Positions 9,595 to 19,364 are shown, numbered from the stretch's first letter. The stretch: DNA of 64,000 bases from a virus (IMGVR_UViG_3300031519_004880:26017-90016), one strand, 5' to 3'. Notes: generated from the sequence alone by a model not told the origin. Numbers and translations are program-made.

Positions 9595-10180
9595 GGCCGG
9601 TCGCCTTTTTAACAGGTGCCAGTTCGTCCGCTTGTTTACGTAGATCTGTTGCTTCTTTAAATAGTCGATCAGCATCAGCTCTATATTGCTTTGCAAGATC
9701 ATCGTCTGTCAACGGTGCATCTTTTGCCGCAACTGCTTCAGCTTGTGCCGCTGGAGTTGTTGGAGCACTTGCACTACCTACTTCTTTAACAGAGCTTCCG
9801 CCTACTGCTAAATCAGAGATAGTAACGCCTTTTTGATCAGCAATTACTTTATTAAGTTCACTTAATACAATAGTTGCAGTATTATCAGGTGTCATTGTAA
9901 TATCAGTAGTTGGTATTTTTGTTAACTTTCCTTTTGAGTGAAAAGCTGGTAACATAGTACTACCATCTGATAATTGAGTCCTTTGCATTGCATCTGCTAG
10001 TTCTTCAGCAGTTTGTCCTGCGTTACTCTCGATTAGATTCATTAGTGTATCATGATCTTGATCTGATAAGTTTTCTGTTTGTACTACTAAACAATGTTCT
10101 GGATCGTCTGGTAGTGTTCTAAATGCGACAGCAACTTTACGTCCTGTCTTAGTTAGTCTTCCAATGTGCTTTAAAGCCAT
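9581..10180 (-). CDS. Hypothetical protein
   Basis: 199-aa ORF with RBS GGAG, in an operon. Confidence 0.6.
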   Translation of the reverse strand: MALKHIGRLTKTGRKVAVAFRTLPDDPEHCLVVQTENLSDQDHDTLMNLIESNAGQTAEELADAMQRTQLSDGSTMLPAFHSKGKLTKIPTTDITMTPDNTATIVLSELNKVIADQKGVTISDLAVGGSSVKEVGSASAPTTPAAQAEAVAAKDAPLTDDDLAKQYRADADRLFKEATDLRKQADELAPVKKATGRGKS

Positions 10181-10194
10181 TTTATTTTCTCCTG

Positions 10195-10536
10195 TTAAGC
10201 GCCTAATACAGCTGATGCGTCTGCACTAGATACTTCACCTGGTGCTTTTGCCGGTTGTGCCGGTGCGTTAGCTGATTCGCCTACTTGTTGATTTTGTACC
10301 GTTGTTAGAAATGTGTCTAATTTATTAAACGTTTTTCCAACTGCTTCAAGTTCAGTAGCTTTAAATGCTCCACGACTCTGTGCAACTTCGATAATAGTTT
10401 TCAAAACACCTAGGTCTTGTACAGTTAGTTCTGCACCGGCCTGTGTTGCTGGAGCACCACCCGGCATAGGAGCCTGGCCTGCGCCATCTTTTCCTACTGC
10501 TGGTGTTGATGCAACCTTTGTTGTATCTTCTGACAT
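10195..10536 (-). CDS. Hypothetical protein with low-complexity termini
   Basis: RBS AAGGAG and operon context. Confidence 0.6.
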   Translation of the reverse strand: MSEDTTKVASTPAVGKDGAGQAPMPGGAPATQAGAELTVQDLGVLKTIIEVAQSRGAFKATELEAVGKTFNKLDTFLTTVQNQQVGESANAPAQPAKAPGEVSSADASAVLGA

Positions 10537-10605
10537 TATATTCTCCTTGTTTTGATCATAACAAACATACTTCAGTTATATGCTAGTATTATTTACTCTT
10601 TGTAT

Positions 10606-10896
10606 TTAATTGTATTTTAAATGTGGACAAGCTAACATGAAATAACTAAGCTCTCGATGTTGTTCAAATCCAATTCTAAGTGTTGGTGTATACGCAGTTG
10701 GCCCGTTTTCTACTATTGATAATGTTCTACCAATATAATACCTACCCTTCAAATTATGGGCAATCCATTTGCGTATAGAATCTTCCATGTTATAACGAGG
10801 TGCAATATTGCAGAACTCGTAGTGTTTGGGAGCAGTTTTTGACTCTCTTATATCAAAAAAATCAAATGCATTAGGCGTCTTATTTTTATTCAGCAC
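10606..10896 (-). CDS. Hypothetical protein
   Basis: Start overlaps the stop of the VWA gene. Confidence 0.55.
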   Translation of the reverse strand: MLNKNKTPNAFDFFDIRESKTAPKHYEFCNIAPRYNMEDSIRKWIAHNLKGRYYIGRTLSIVENGPTAYTPTLRIGFEQHRELSYFMLACPHLKYN

Positions 10897-12167
10897 TAAT
10901 TTCCTTCTTCATAATGTGCAGTAACCCCAAAAGGTGCCTGCAAGTTTTTATCGTGGTGTCCGTGAATAACAAAAATTGTTTCACAATAATCTTCATCACC
11001 CCAGCTATCCCAAGGATAACCATCTGTAAACATAATAAACTTCTTAGGAAGAATATCATTTTCTTTCATGTACTCCCAGTTAGCAGTAAAATCTGTACCA
11101 CCACCGCCCATAAGCTGGTAGTCGTTTATATCACTTGCTTGGTCTGCACTAAAGTCTTGTTCGTTATATACCTTAGTGTCAAAACACCAAATCTTAATAT
11201 TGTAGTCTGCATATTCTGACATAATACCTTGTACTTCACTTAGGAAGTCTTTACCTTGTACAGAACCAATTGAACCCGACATGTCTATAGCAATACAAAT
11301 ATCAATAGTTTCTTGGAAGTTCATACCTGGTAATATTGCACCAATGTGCCAACCCTTACGTGAAGGACGACTAAATGTAAAATCATTACGTATAGTAGTT
11401 TGTATCTGCATACGTAGTAACTCACGCCAAGTCATCTTAGGCTCTGTAAGTTCTTTAATCATACGTTCAACTTCACCAGGAACATTACCTGCACCAGCCG
11501 CCTGTGCCGCTGACAACATGTTCTCTTTAATCTCGTCACGTATCTTTTTAAGTTCTTCTTTTGAATATGAAGGCTTAGGATTATTACCTTTACTGCCTCC
11601 GCTCTTTGGACTAGGTTGACCGGAATCACTATCTTTATCCCAATCAATATGTTCGTCTAGTAATTCACCAAGTTGTTTTAATTCTTCTTCGTCATACTTT
11701 TCAAAGATATCATCGTATACTGCTTCACTGGTCCATTTTTCGTATTTAAAGTCTTGGAATATTTTAATATCTTTAGGCTTTTCTCCAATACGATCACGTA
11801 CTAGTGTATTGTTTACAATATAGTCTGCCGCAATATTATGTATCTGTGGATCTCTATCTTCACGTCTTGTCATATGATCAAATACACAATGTAAAATTTC
11901 ATGTGCAATTACGAACTCAATCTCTTTGTTAGACATCTTAGCAAAGAAAGGAACACTATAAAACAAATGACGACCATCTGTTGCCGCAGTAGGACACCAA
12001 TCACTTGCTTCTTTAATAATAAGACGTGTTGCCATATTACCAAAAAATGGATGACGTAGTAGTAACCCAACTCTTGCTACAATGATCCTATCCAATACTT
12101 CTTCACGAAGTTCTTGAGTAATTTCTATTTCTGTAGTTTGTGGTTCTAAAGTAATTGCTGATGTCAT
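10896..12167 (-). CDS. HEXXH metallopeptidase-like plus VWA domain protein (DUF2201-like)
   Basis: AHEILH; MIDAS elements DMSGS, GGGTDF and FTDG. Confidence 0.85.
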   Translation of the reverse strand: MTSAITLEPQTTEIEITQELREEVLDRIIVARVGLLLRHPFFGNMATRLIIKEASDWCPTAATDGRHLFYSVPFFAKMSNKEIEFVIAHEILHCVFDHMTRREDRDPQIHNIAADYIVNNTLVRDRIGEKPKDIKIFQDFKYEKWTSEAVYDDIFEKYDEEELKQLGELLDEHIDWDKDSDSGQPSPKSGGSKGNNPKPSYSKEELKKIRDEIKENMLSAAQAAGAGNVPGEVERMIKELTEPKMTWRELLRMQIQTTIRNDFTFSRPSRKGWHIGAILPGMNFQETIDICIAIDMSGSIGSVQGKDFLSEVQGIMSEYADYNIKIWCFDTKVYNEQDFSADQASDINDYQLMGGGGTDFTANWEYMKENDILPKKFIMFTDGYPWDSWGDEDYCETIFVIHGHHDKNLQAPFGVTAHYEEGN

Positions 12168-12198
12168 GTGCCTGTTCCCTTTCCCTTATTGTTCTTAT

Positions 12199-12227
12199 AG
12201 TATACTACTATTTAAGACGTTTGTCAA
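12199..12227 (-). promoter_or_regulatory. Sigma70-type promoter TTGACA-17-TATACT
   Basis: -35 at 12227-12222, -10 at 12204-12199. Confidence 0.75.
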
Positions 12228-12235
12228 CCAAAGAA

Positions 12236-12270
12236 TTATGGGTAGAGCACCGAAAATACTCTACCCATAA
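12236..12270 (-). terminator. Intrinsic terminator-like hairpin
   Basis: Perfect 12-bp inverted repeat TTATGGGTAGAG/CTCTACCCATAA just after the AAA gene stop, with a T-rich tail. Confidence 0.7.
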
Positions 12271-12276
12271 ACCTAG

Positions 12277-13362
12277 TTAGCTTGCCTGTGCGGCAGTAAT
12301 ATACTTACCGTACTTTTCATGGAACTCATCAAAACATTCAACTTCGTCTGGATCGATTGGAAGTTGATATTGTGTAAGGCCTAGTTTGATACCCATTACT
12401 ACTAATTCAGTATCAAAGTTATCCATTGAGAACCTTAAGAAGTTATTAACCATATCGTCAAACTTCTTATTGCCTTTATCGTTTGCTTCTTTAAGCTCGT
12501 AGCATAAAGACACAGTCAAGGAATACATGGCACTGATTTCTCGTGTGTCTAAAGTCTTAACCTTACCGTTCAAAATATCTGTTGGGTTAGGTAGCTTAGA
12601 AGCAATTTTACGATGGGCCATGAACTTTACAGCAAGTCCTTCGCCAACTGTACCACTAACTAAATCAGTAGTGGTATTCTCGTCATCATCATCCTCTAGT
12701 AGTTCGGATACAAATGACCAAGAACGCGGTGTAGCAAATGAACGACTTGGACTTTTTGGATCAAAGTCATATAAGTCTTTCTTTGCAAATGTTAAGTAAC
12801 CAACAACATCGTTATGTATGTTGTTTAAAACAGCCCACTGGAACCAATCGTCAAAATCAACTTTAAGTTCTAAGTGAACAAATCTGTTTGCTAACGGAGC
12901 AGGCATTCTATAAGTAACACCTTTGTCTGCATCTCTGTTACCAGCCGCTACAATAAGAACGTTATCAGGTAATTCATAAGTACCAACCTTACGGTTAAGA
13001 ATTAATTGATAAGCCGCCGCTTGTACTGCCGGTGCCGCAGAGTTCATTTCGTCTAAGAATAACACAATGAACTTATGTTTTTTAGCAAATGCTTTTGATG
13101 GAAGTTCAGCTGGTGCCGCCCACTCCATAGTATTTGATGTTGAATTATAAAACGGAATACCTTTAATATCTGTAGGATCCCATAATGATAAACGAATGTC
13201 AATCATGTAAGCATCAATTTCGGTTGATATTTGACTTACAATGTCTGACTTACCAATACCTGGTGCTCCCCAAATAAAGATAGGACGCTTCTTTTTAAAA
13301 GCCCGAACAATGCTCTTCTTTGCAGAGTTTGGACTTACTGTTCTAACTGCTATATTTTCCAT
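12277..13362 (-). CDS. MoxR-like AAA+ ATPase
   Basis: Walker A GAPGIGKS, Walker B LFLDE, AAGN and NRF. Start 13362 has RBS AGAGGA. Confidence 0.85.
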   Translation of the reverse strand: MENIAVRTVSPNSAKKSIVRAFKKKRPIFIWGAPGIGKSDIVSQISTEIDAYMIDIRLSLWDPTDIKGIPFYNSTSNTMEWAAPAELPSKAFAKKHKFIVLFLDEMNSAAPAVQAAAYQLILNRKVGTYELPDNVLIVAAGNRDADKGVTYRMPAPLANRFVHLELKVDFDDWFQWAVLNNIHNDVVGYLTFAKKDLYDFDPKSPSRSFATPRSWSFVSELLEDDDDENTTTDLVSGTVGEGLAVKFMAHRKIASKLPNPTDILNGKVKTLDTREISAMYSLTVSLCYELKEANDKGNKKFDDMVNNFLRFSMDNFDTELVVMGIKLGLTQYQLPIDPDEVECFDEFHEKYGKYITAAQAS

Positions 13363-13416
13363 GCTATATTCCTCTTCTGTTATCAGTGCCATACGTTGTT
13401 TTCTAATTATGTATAT

Positions 13417-13445
13417 ATTATAGCACCTCGTTTCCAAAAGGTCAA
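13417..13445 (-). promoter_or_regulatory. Sigma70-type promoter TTGACC-17-TATAAT
   Basis: Exact 17-nt spacer. Confidence 0.75.
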
Positions 13446-13486
13446 CCAGAAAATGCAATTATTTTAAGAAAAAGAATGTAGTAATA

Positions 13487-13882
13487 TCAAGGGTTTAGTT
13501 CTTCATCTGTCCGTTTTAGAGCTTTTGCTAGTCCATACTTGCGTACATCTCCGCTAAAAAGGTGCAATTCCATGCTCTTTTTTTCGCTTGTAACGGTAAT
13601 ATGCTTGTTAGTTATGTAGTAAGGACAGTCGATAAACTTATCTAAGAACAGTATAACTTGGGTAGTTATCTTAAAGTCAGGCGGAAATGGAATTTCGTAT
13701 ACTGCTAATTCCAATTTATCTGAAAGAAACATCATGCCTTCGTCAGTTAAGCGAAGACCGCCAGATGAACGTTCTCTTGTATTCTGCCACCAAAGAGGCA
13801 TGTATTCTTTTAACGTGCTTTCACCAATGCTAATACCCGCCTGTTTTAAGAATACCTTAGTATAGGTTTCTTTCCAGTTCAT
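13487..13882 (-). CDS. Hypothetical protein
   Basis: ORF abutting the upstream gene in the same operon. Confidence 0.55.
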   Translation of the reverse strand: MNWKETYTKVFLKQAGISIGESTLKEYMPLWWQNTRERSSGGLRLTDEGMMFLSDKLELAVYEIPFPPDFKITTQVILFLDKFIDCPYYITNKHITVTSEKKSMELHLFSGDVRKYGLAKALKRTDEELNP

Positions 13883-13883
13883 C

Positions 13884-14174
13884 TTAGTCTTCTTTTACTA
13901 TTGTGCCGGATATCAATTTTACGACTGTAAAATCTTCTGTGGTGAAGAGCTCATTAAGTTTACTTGCTAAATTGTGTGCATGTCCTGGATTTGAAAAACT
14001 AACTTTTTTATATTTAGGCCCTGGATAGTTAGTTAACACATTCGAGGATTTTAAATTAAAAGGTTTGTCTTTGTAAAATACAGCCCAAATAGCTTCTGCC
14101 TCTAGAACTTGTTCGCTCTTATAAGACTTTTTATTTACATGCTCTAGCAATACGTTAGGTTTAGGTCTACTCAT
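13884..14174 (-). CDS. Hypothetical protein
   Basis: RBS GGAG and an upstream late motif. Confidence 0.6.
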   Translation of the reverse strand: MSRPKPNVLLEHVNKKSYKSEQVLEAEAIWAVFYKDKPFNLKSSNVLTNYPGPKYKKVSFSNPGHAHNLASKLNELFTTEDFTVVKLISGTIVKED

Positions 14175-14194
14175 ATATATTCTCTCTCCATTAG

Positions 14195-14202
14195 TATTTA
14201 TC
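14195..14202 (-). promoter_or_regulatory. Late-promoter-like motif GATAAATA
   Basis: About 20 nt upstream of ATG 14174. Confidence 0.55.
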
Positions 14203-14235
14203 TAATTGAGCGAGTTATATGCGTAGTTTATTTGA

Positions 14236-14481
14236 TTACTTCCAGCCTTGTCCGCCGCCATCAACAGTTACGTTAATGACTTCTTCAGCGTTCTTTTCCT
14301 GGTGTACTAGAGCTTCTAATTCGCCGTGTAAGCGACTCATTACACTACCTAGGGTTAGTGCTAAGTTCTTTGCATCTCGTATATTAAGAGTGATTTGTTT
14401 CTCTTGTGTGTTGTCAGCAGTCTTAACTTTGTCAATAAACTGCTGTAACGGAATTGTATTTAAAGGGTTAACGGTTGGCAC
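14236..14481 (-). CDS. Hypothetical protein
   Basis: Overlaps the upstream gene end, RBS GGAG. Confidence 0.55.
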   Translation of the reverse strand: MPTVNPLNTIPLQQFIDKVKTADNTQEKQITLNIRDAKNLALTLGSVMSRLHGELEALVHQEKNAEEVINVTVDGGGQGWK

Positions 14482-14950
14482 GTGATAACTCCTGTCGCAT
14501 TTCTAATTCTGTTTTAAACGGACCTCTATATTCATATGACTCTAAGGTTACCATTTTAGGGCAAAAACTCTTGACCCAACCTTTGTCAAAGTGAATACAA
14601 AAATAACCTGCCGCATACAAGCTCTTTGATTTTTTACTCTTTGTAAATAATCCAAACTTTCTTTTAACATCAAACATTGAATTAAACGGACTAGCACTTG
14701 TAGGCAATCCGTAAATTAGTTTGTCGTCAGCTTTCTCAGAATTGCTAACAGTTGCTTTATTCCACACTAGTGTTCCAAGGTTCTTTTCTACAACACTTTT
14801 GTTGTCATACATGTATGTTCCTGTTTCACAACTATACATATATTTGTTATCAGCATCTTTTGATAAGGTGCCTTTCTTTTCATTTGAATCTGTATCTTCA
14901 ATAATCCAAAATTTATTCTTTAATATTTCGTTTGCTTTAAGTCGTGTCAT
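14468..14950 (-). CDS. Hypothetical protein
   Basis: ATGA overlap with the RNase H gene. Confidence 0.6.
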   Translation of the reverse strand: MTRLKANEILKNKFWIIEDTDSNEKKGTLSKDADNKYMYSCETGTYMYDNKSVVEKNLGTLVWNKATVSNSEKADDKLIYGLPTSASPFNSMFDVKRKFGLFTKSKKSKSLYAAGYFCIHFDKGWVKSFCPKMVTLESYEYRGPFKTELEMRQELSRANR

Positions 14951-15936
14951 AGTACTGGATACCTCGCTTGTAATGGTTTAGCATAAGATTGTGCATTGTC
15001 GCTAATTCGTTGCATGTCATATAATGCACAGAACTTCATTAGTCGTAGCCCAACTTGTGATATATTCTTAGGTTGTGCATTTTCGATAATAGTGTTATCA
15101 ATCTTTTCTCTAACGTTCTGCGGTTGTGCAGTTAAGTCACAAAGGATAACATTACGATTGTAATCATCTAGTACACGATGTTCTGTACCGTTATGATCTA
15201 CCCAACGTTGTAGCATCATGTTGTTCCAATTGTAGCCTTTAGTATCTTTATCTGCATATGCTTCTTGTAGACCTACTTTGTTCTTAGTGCCTTTTTTACG
15301 TACACCTGGATAAGCACTAAACACATTGTCACTAGTGTCGCCTCGCATACACTTTTCAAATAGCATGTAGTCGGGATTAGGTGCAGGCTTTTCTAAACCT
15401 GTCTTTTTATCTATTACAGGCTTCTTCTTCTTATCGTCAAAGTAACCTTCGTTAGTAATGATAGTATTACTTACACCATTGTATTGTGTTACAGTAGGGC
15501 TAATAAGTTGTGCAAAGTCACCATCTGTACTAATAATAACATGTTCATCATTAGGATGATGTTGTACCCAACCTGCAATTAAGTCATCTGCTTCTAGCTC
15601 AGGATGTTGCATAACAGTACAGTTAGTTTTAGTAGTTACAAAGTCTTTAAATGCATCAAACGTTTCCCAGAAGATCTTTTCTTCTTGTGCTTGTGCAGGA
15701 TTCATTGCATCTCTAGTTTCTTTACGATTTGCTTTGTAAGGAGCATAATGATCCTTACGCCAACTGCGTCCTTCTAAACAAAATACAATATGATCAGCAC
15801 CAAAGTCTTCCCATGCTTTCTTAATACTGTTTAATGTAATGTGAAAAGCCATACCAACTTTAGTATCCAAGTCGCCACGTACAACGTGCCTTGCTCTAAA
15901 AAAAGTATTTGCTGTATCTACTAGTACGTATTTCAT
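14947..15936 (-). CDS. rnh: T4-type RNase H / 5'-3' exonuclease (FEN family)
   Basis: LVD...FFR, FCLEG, EADD, ISTDGDF and GDTSDNV. Start 15936 has an ATGA overlap. Confidence 0.85.
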   Translation of the reverse strand: MKYVLVDTANTFFRARHVVRGDLDTKVGMAFHITLNSIKKAWEDFGADHIVFCLEGRSWRKDHYAPYKANRKETRDAMNPAQAQEEKIFWETFDAFKDFVTTKTNCTVMQHPELEADDLIAGWVQHHPNDEHVIISTDGDFAQLISPTVTQYNGVSNTIITNEGYFDDKKKKPVIDKKTGLEKPAPNPDYMLFEKCMRGDTSDNVFSAYPGVRKKGTKNKVGLQEAYADKDTKGYNWNNMMLQRWVDHNGTEHRVLDDYNRNVILCDLTAQPQNVREKIDNTIIENAQPKNISQVGLRLMKFCALYDMQRISDNAQSYAKPLQARYPVL

Positions 15937-16874
15937 ATTGTTGTCCACTCCGTTTTGCCTAATAAGTAAGTTGCCCATAGCATATGAAATTCTTCTTTAG
16001 GATGAAATCCATTAATGCTACTGTTGCCTAGTAGTGTATTACTACTTTCTAAATTATCTAGTTGCTTCATTATATAGTTACTATCACTCTCTACATTCTC
16101 ATACTTGCGATAATGCTCTTGCCACCAACCTGCTTCGTTAATAACAGGCAATTCAAAAACACTACCATGCATCTGTGCAGTTAATCTAACCCACGGACAT
16201 ACTACTATTGTACACGAATCTGTAGCAAAGTCAACCATAAATGGATTGAAATTCTTCCAAACTAGACCTTCTACATTTGTATGTGATGTAATGATACGAT
16301 TGAATTCTTTTAACATCATTGTGTCGTACAGTTTAAACCATTCAACATCAGACATTTTTTTATCTAGTGTTTGTGTTTCAGAGTATAATGTATTGTAATG
16401 TTCTAACGTTTGATACCAATCTTCAATTTTAGATTGATCTCTGCCCGGGCTAGTTAATTGTAATATTACTTTAATTTCTTCGTAGTGTATAGCATATTCT
16501 TCTAACAGTCTATCTAAGTCGTGTATCATGTTTTGGTTACAGTTACCAGGAACTGCTGATAACAATAAATCACTATCTAATGCTTTTGCACAATGTCCTG
16601 CAAACGAATTATTAATTCGATGTGCTAGACTGTCGTTACCAAGACCGCTTTCTACTCCGGTAAAGTTTTCACCGTACGACCAGCTTTCACCTACAACAAT
16701 AAGAAGACTGTTCTTTTTGTTCTTAACAATGGTTTCTGTATTAATTGCACTAATCCAATCAGGCTTACTACTAGACTCTCGGGTATGCAACGTTGTCTTT
16801 TCAGTAATAACGTTTAACGATCGGGAGTCTAACCCTTGGATAGGATTAATATATTTCCATTTAAAATGCTTCAC
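15933..16874 (-). CDS. SGNH/GDSL-like hypothetical protein
   Basis: VVGESWSYG block I-like motif, G-N block, and HP near the C-terminus. Confidence 0.45.
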   Translation of the reverse strand: MKHFKWKYINPIQGLDSRSLNVITEKTTLHTRESSSKPDWISAINTETIVKNKKNSLLIVVGESWSYGENFTGVESGLGNDSLAHRINNSFAGHCAKALDSDLLLSAVPGNCNQNMIHDLDRLLEEYAIHYEEIKVILQLTSPGRDQSKIEDWYQTLEHYNTLYSETQTLDKKMSDVEWFKLYDTMMLKEFNRIITSHTNVEGLVWKNFNPFMVDFATDSCTIVVCPWVRLTAQMHGSVFELPVINEAGWWQEHYRKYENVESDSNYIMKQLDNLESSNTLLGNSSINGFHPKEEFHMLWATYLLGKTEWTTI

Positions 16875-17229
16875 TTTTGCCGTCAGCCCTTTTCTCTATC
16901 TTAATATGGCCTGCTTCTCTTTTAGGATTATGACCTTCTTCTGTTAAAATAGTTCTAGCAACGTCTTTAAACCAACCATCTACAATTTCTTCGTTAGTTT
17001 CGCCTTTGTATCCAGCATCAAGTAGTTGCTCAATAAACTCGTTATTCCAATCAAGTTCAAAGAATCCGTTCTTAATATCTGTAGGGTTAACTTGTGTATC
17101 AAGTACACCAACCCAAGGCTTCTTAGCTTTAGTAGCCGCCGCCTTTTCTTTTTCTAGTACTGCTCTCGAATCAGGTTCACCTGTAACAGGTTCCGTTTTC
17201 TTAAACATATTTTTAAGTTTATCAATCAT
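16861..17229 (-). CDS. Hypothetical protein
   Basis: RBS AAGGA and operon context. Confidence 0.6.
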   Translation of the reverse strand: MIDKLKNMFKKTEPVTGEPDSRAVLEKEKAAATKAKKPWVGVLDTQVNPTDIKNGFFELDWNNEFIEQLLDAGYKGETNEEIVDGWFKDVARTILTEEGHNPKREAGHIKIEKRADGKSEAF

Positions 17230-17239
17230 ATTGTATCCT

Positions 17240-17347
17240 TTATATTAGTCCTTTTTCTCTTAACTCTTCATCAAGAGGTTTGTTAATTGTAGCCTTCATA
17301 GCTTTTTTATGTTGCTCACTTTTGTATGCATCAAGTTCCCCATGCAT
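17240..17347 (-). CDS. Small hypothetical protein (35 aa)
   Basis: Fills the gap after queE. It is the 3' part of track ORF 17240..17749. Confidence 0.35.
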   Translation of the reverse strand: MHGELDAYKSEQHKKAMKATINKPLDEELREKGLI

Positions 17348-18224
17348 TTCCGAATAAGGATATGTGGAGTCTTGGGGTGAATCGCCATCCTTTTGCCATA
17401 CACGCTTCTGCAACTTCTTTAACATTGAGGACATATTCTTCCGAACGTCCACCCAACGGCATAAGATACACAGGACATTGAACCCCTGCATTGCGATACT
17501 CTTCGACAGCTCTTTCAACTTCTTCAAAGTCAGCTTGAGTAGCGACAACAAACTTGAGATAAAGGTCACCACAGTCAAGCAAGTTATACTCAAAAGCAAC
17601 ATTAGGTTTAATAGCATCTTCCCAAGATTCTCCTGAAACGCTAAGTTTAGGGGAACAAGACCATGTAATAGAAATTCTCTCTTGATCGTTAAGATAGTTG
17701 AAGAAATCTTCGTGTAAGTGTTGTGTAGTATTTGTTTCAAATGTAACATTTTTTAAATCCGCCATACGTGGGTGTTCAAATAGTTCTACGTATAATCGTT
17801 GCCACGCTAACAACGGCTCGCCGCCGGTCATAATCAAATGTACATCTTGACCATTATCCTGTACCCACTTACCATTTGGTGTGAGCGAAAGCAAATGTTC
17901 AACTACTTCGTCAACATCTGCTTGTTTGTTAAAGTGCTTAAATTCTGGATAGATACTTGCATACGTATCACAACCTGTGTGTATAATAGGCAAGTCTGTA
18001 AACTTTTCAGTCTTTGCAATAATACCATCATTTAACAAATCTTTTACTTCTTGATTATGAATAACACCTTGCTTTTGCTTTTCAGCACGACTAGGTTCGT
18101 TATTCAGTCCAAAGTTCATACAACGAAAGTTACAACCAAAGGTACGTAAGAATACACTAGGTACTCCTACAAATTTGCCTTCTCCTTGTACACTATAAAA
18201 TGCTTCTGAATATCTTAGCTTCAT
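17331..18224 (-). CDS. queE: 7-carboxy-7-deazaguanine synthase (radical SAM)
   Basis: EAFYSVQGEG, FLRTFGCNFRC, TGGEP, SCSPK and PRLH. The third Cys is displaced by an insertion. Confidence 0.88.
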   Translation of the reverse strand: MKLRYSEAFYSVQGEGKFVGVPSVFLRTFGCNFRCMNFGLNNEPSRAEKQKQGVIHNQEVKDLLNDGIIAKTEKFTDLPIIHTGCDTYASIYPEFKHFNKQADVDEVVEHLLSLTPNGKWVQDNGQDVHLIMTGGEPLLAWQRLYVELFEHPRMADLKNVTFETNTTQHLHEDFFNYLNDQERISITWSCSPKLSVSGESWEDAIKPNVAFEYNLLDCGDLYLKFVVATQADFEEVERAVEEYRNAGVQCPVYLMPLGGRSEEYVLNVKEVAEACMAKGWRFTPRLHISLFGNAWGT

Positions 18225-18421
18225 TATACCATCTCCTCAACAATGCCAAGCACTTCTGCACCAATAATTAATGCACCTGCAACTACAAAATTACCTGTAA
18301 TTAAAAAGTAACCTGCTACAATTCGAATTGCACTTTTTACCAAGCTAACATAAAAGTGTCCTTTACCCGGGTCTTTTGCCGCAGGCATAATTACTCTTTC
18401 TGGAATTGGCATATTATACAA
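18224..18421 (-). CDS. Small membrane protein
   Basis: Two hydrophobic segments, coupled to queE. Confidence 0.5.
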   Translation of the reverse strand: MYNMPIPERVIMPAAKDPGKGHFYVSLVKSAIRIVAGYFLITGNFVVAGALIIGAEVLGIVEEMV

Positions 18422-18608
18422 CCTTCATTAATGGTTCAGTAGTTGAAGCGTCATGATAGTCATCACCAAAGTATCTACGTTTAACTGTTTCTTTAACTAG
18501 CATACCATCTCTAACACGGTATGTAATAAATTCTTGTTTAACAACCCCTTCAAGGTTACCAATGTTTAGTCCCGATTCTGTTGCGTGTTTTAAAGGTCCG
18601 TCCGTCAT
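18414..18608 (-). CDS. Hypothetical protein
   Basis: ATGA overlap with folE. Confidence 0.5.
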   Translation of the reverse strand: MTDGPLKHATESGLNIGNLEGVVKQEFITYRVRDGMLVKETVKRRYFGDDYHDASTTEPLMKVV

Positions 18609-19288
18609 TTCGCATACTCCTGTTGTAATTTAATGTTGTCAAAGAACTCTTTCTTTGTACCCGAGTCATCTTTAAAACTACCTTTGAGTACTGTTGTTTG
18701 TGTAAGACTACTAGTTGCCATGATACCTCTGTTCTCACAACAGCCGTGTGTTGCTTGAATGTATACACCTAAGTGTTCTGCATCAGTTGCCTTTTGTATT
18801 TCACGAGTAATATCGTTTGCAAGTTCTTCTTGTAGTGTTCCACGTCTAGCACACCATTGAGCAATACGTGTATACTTAGATAGTCCAATAAGTTTATCCG
18901 CGGCAATGATGCCAATGTATGCTACACCTTGAACTGGCTGGTGATGATGCGAACATACACTTTTAAGTTCTGAACGTACAACTAGCATACCTTCATATCG
19001 ATTATCGCTATCATTTGGAAATGCTGTTGCACTTGGAGGTACATCATAACGTCCTACCATTAGCTCATTGTAGTACATTTTAGCAAGGCGTCTTGCTGTG
19101 CCTTTACTATTAGGATCGTTATAACGATCAATTACAAGTGCATCTAGTACACTTTCAAATGCTACAGATGCTTCGTCAATAAGAGCTTCTTTATCGCCTT
19201 CATGCAATACTTTACTAATATTGTCACCCGCCCAGTAACGCATGTCTGCTTGTACTAGGCGAGCTTTAATTTCTTCTACTTTACTCAT
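18605..19288 (-). CDS. folE: GTP cyclohydrolase I
   Basis: SVCSHHHQP, GLSKYTRI, LQEEL and HGCCENRG. Confidence 0.92.
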   Translation of the reverse strand: MSKVEEIKARLVQADMRYWAGDNISKVLHEGDKEALIDEASVAFESVLDALVIDRYNDPNSKGTARRLAKMYYNELMVGRYDVPPSATAFPNDSDNRYEGMLVVRSELKSVCSHHHQPVQGVAYIGIIAADKLIGLSKYTRIAQWCARRGTLQEELANDITREIQKATDAEHLGVYIQATHGCCENRGIMATSSLTQTTVLKGSFKDDSGTKKEFFDNIKLQQEYAK

Positions 19289-19335
19289 TTACTTCTCCGA
19301 TGTTTAGGCAGTGGATTGCCTTCAATGTTATATAT

Positions 19336-19364
19336 ATTATAACAAGTATTTAGGTTTTTGTCAA
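19336..19364 (-). promoter_or_regulatory. Perfect sigma70 consensus TTGACA-17-TATAAT, upstream of folE-queE
   Basis: Exact consensus and spacing. Confidence 0.85.

Noticed and set aside
17348-17749. 169-aa ORF 17240..17749 as a real overlapping gene
   Set aside because: It is an alternate frame inside queE. Only the last 35 codons fall in free space.
18605-19288. folE as a folate-biosynthesis auxiliary metabolic gene
   Set aside because: It shares a transcription unit with queE and no folB, folK or folP is in the window, so deazaguanine synthesis is the simpler explanation.
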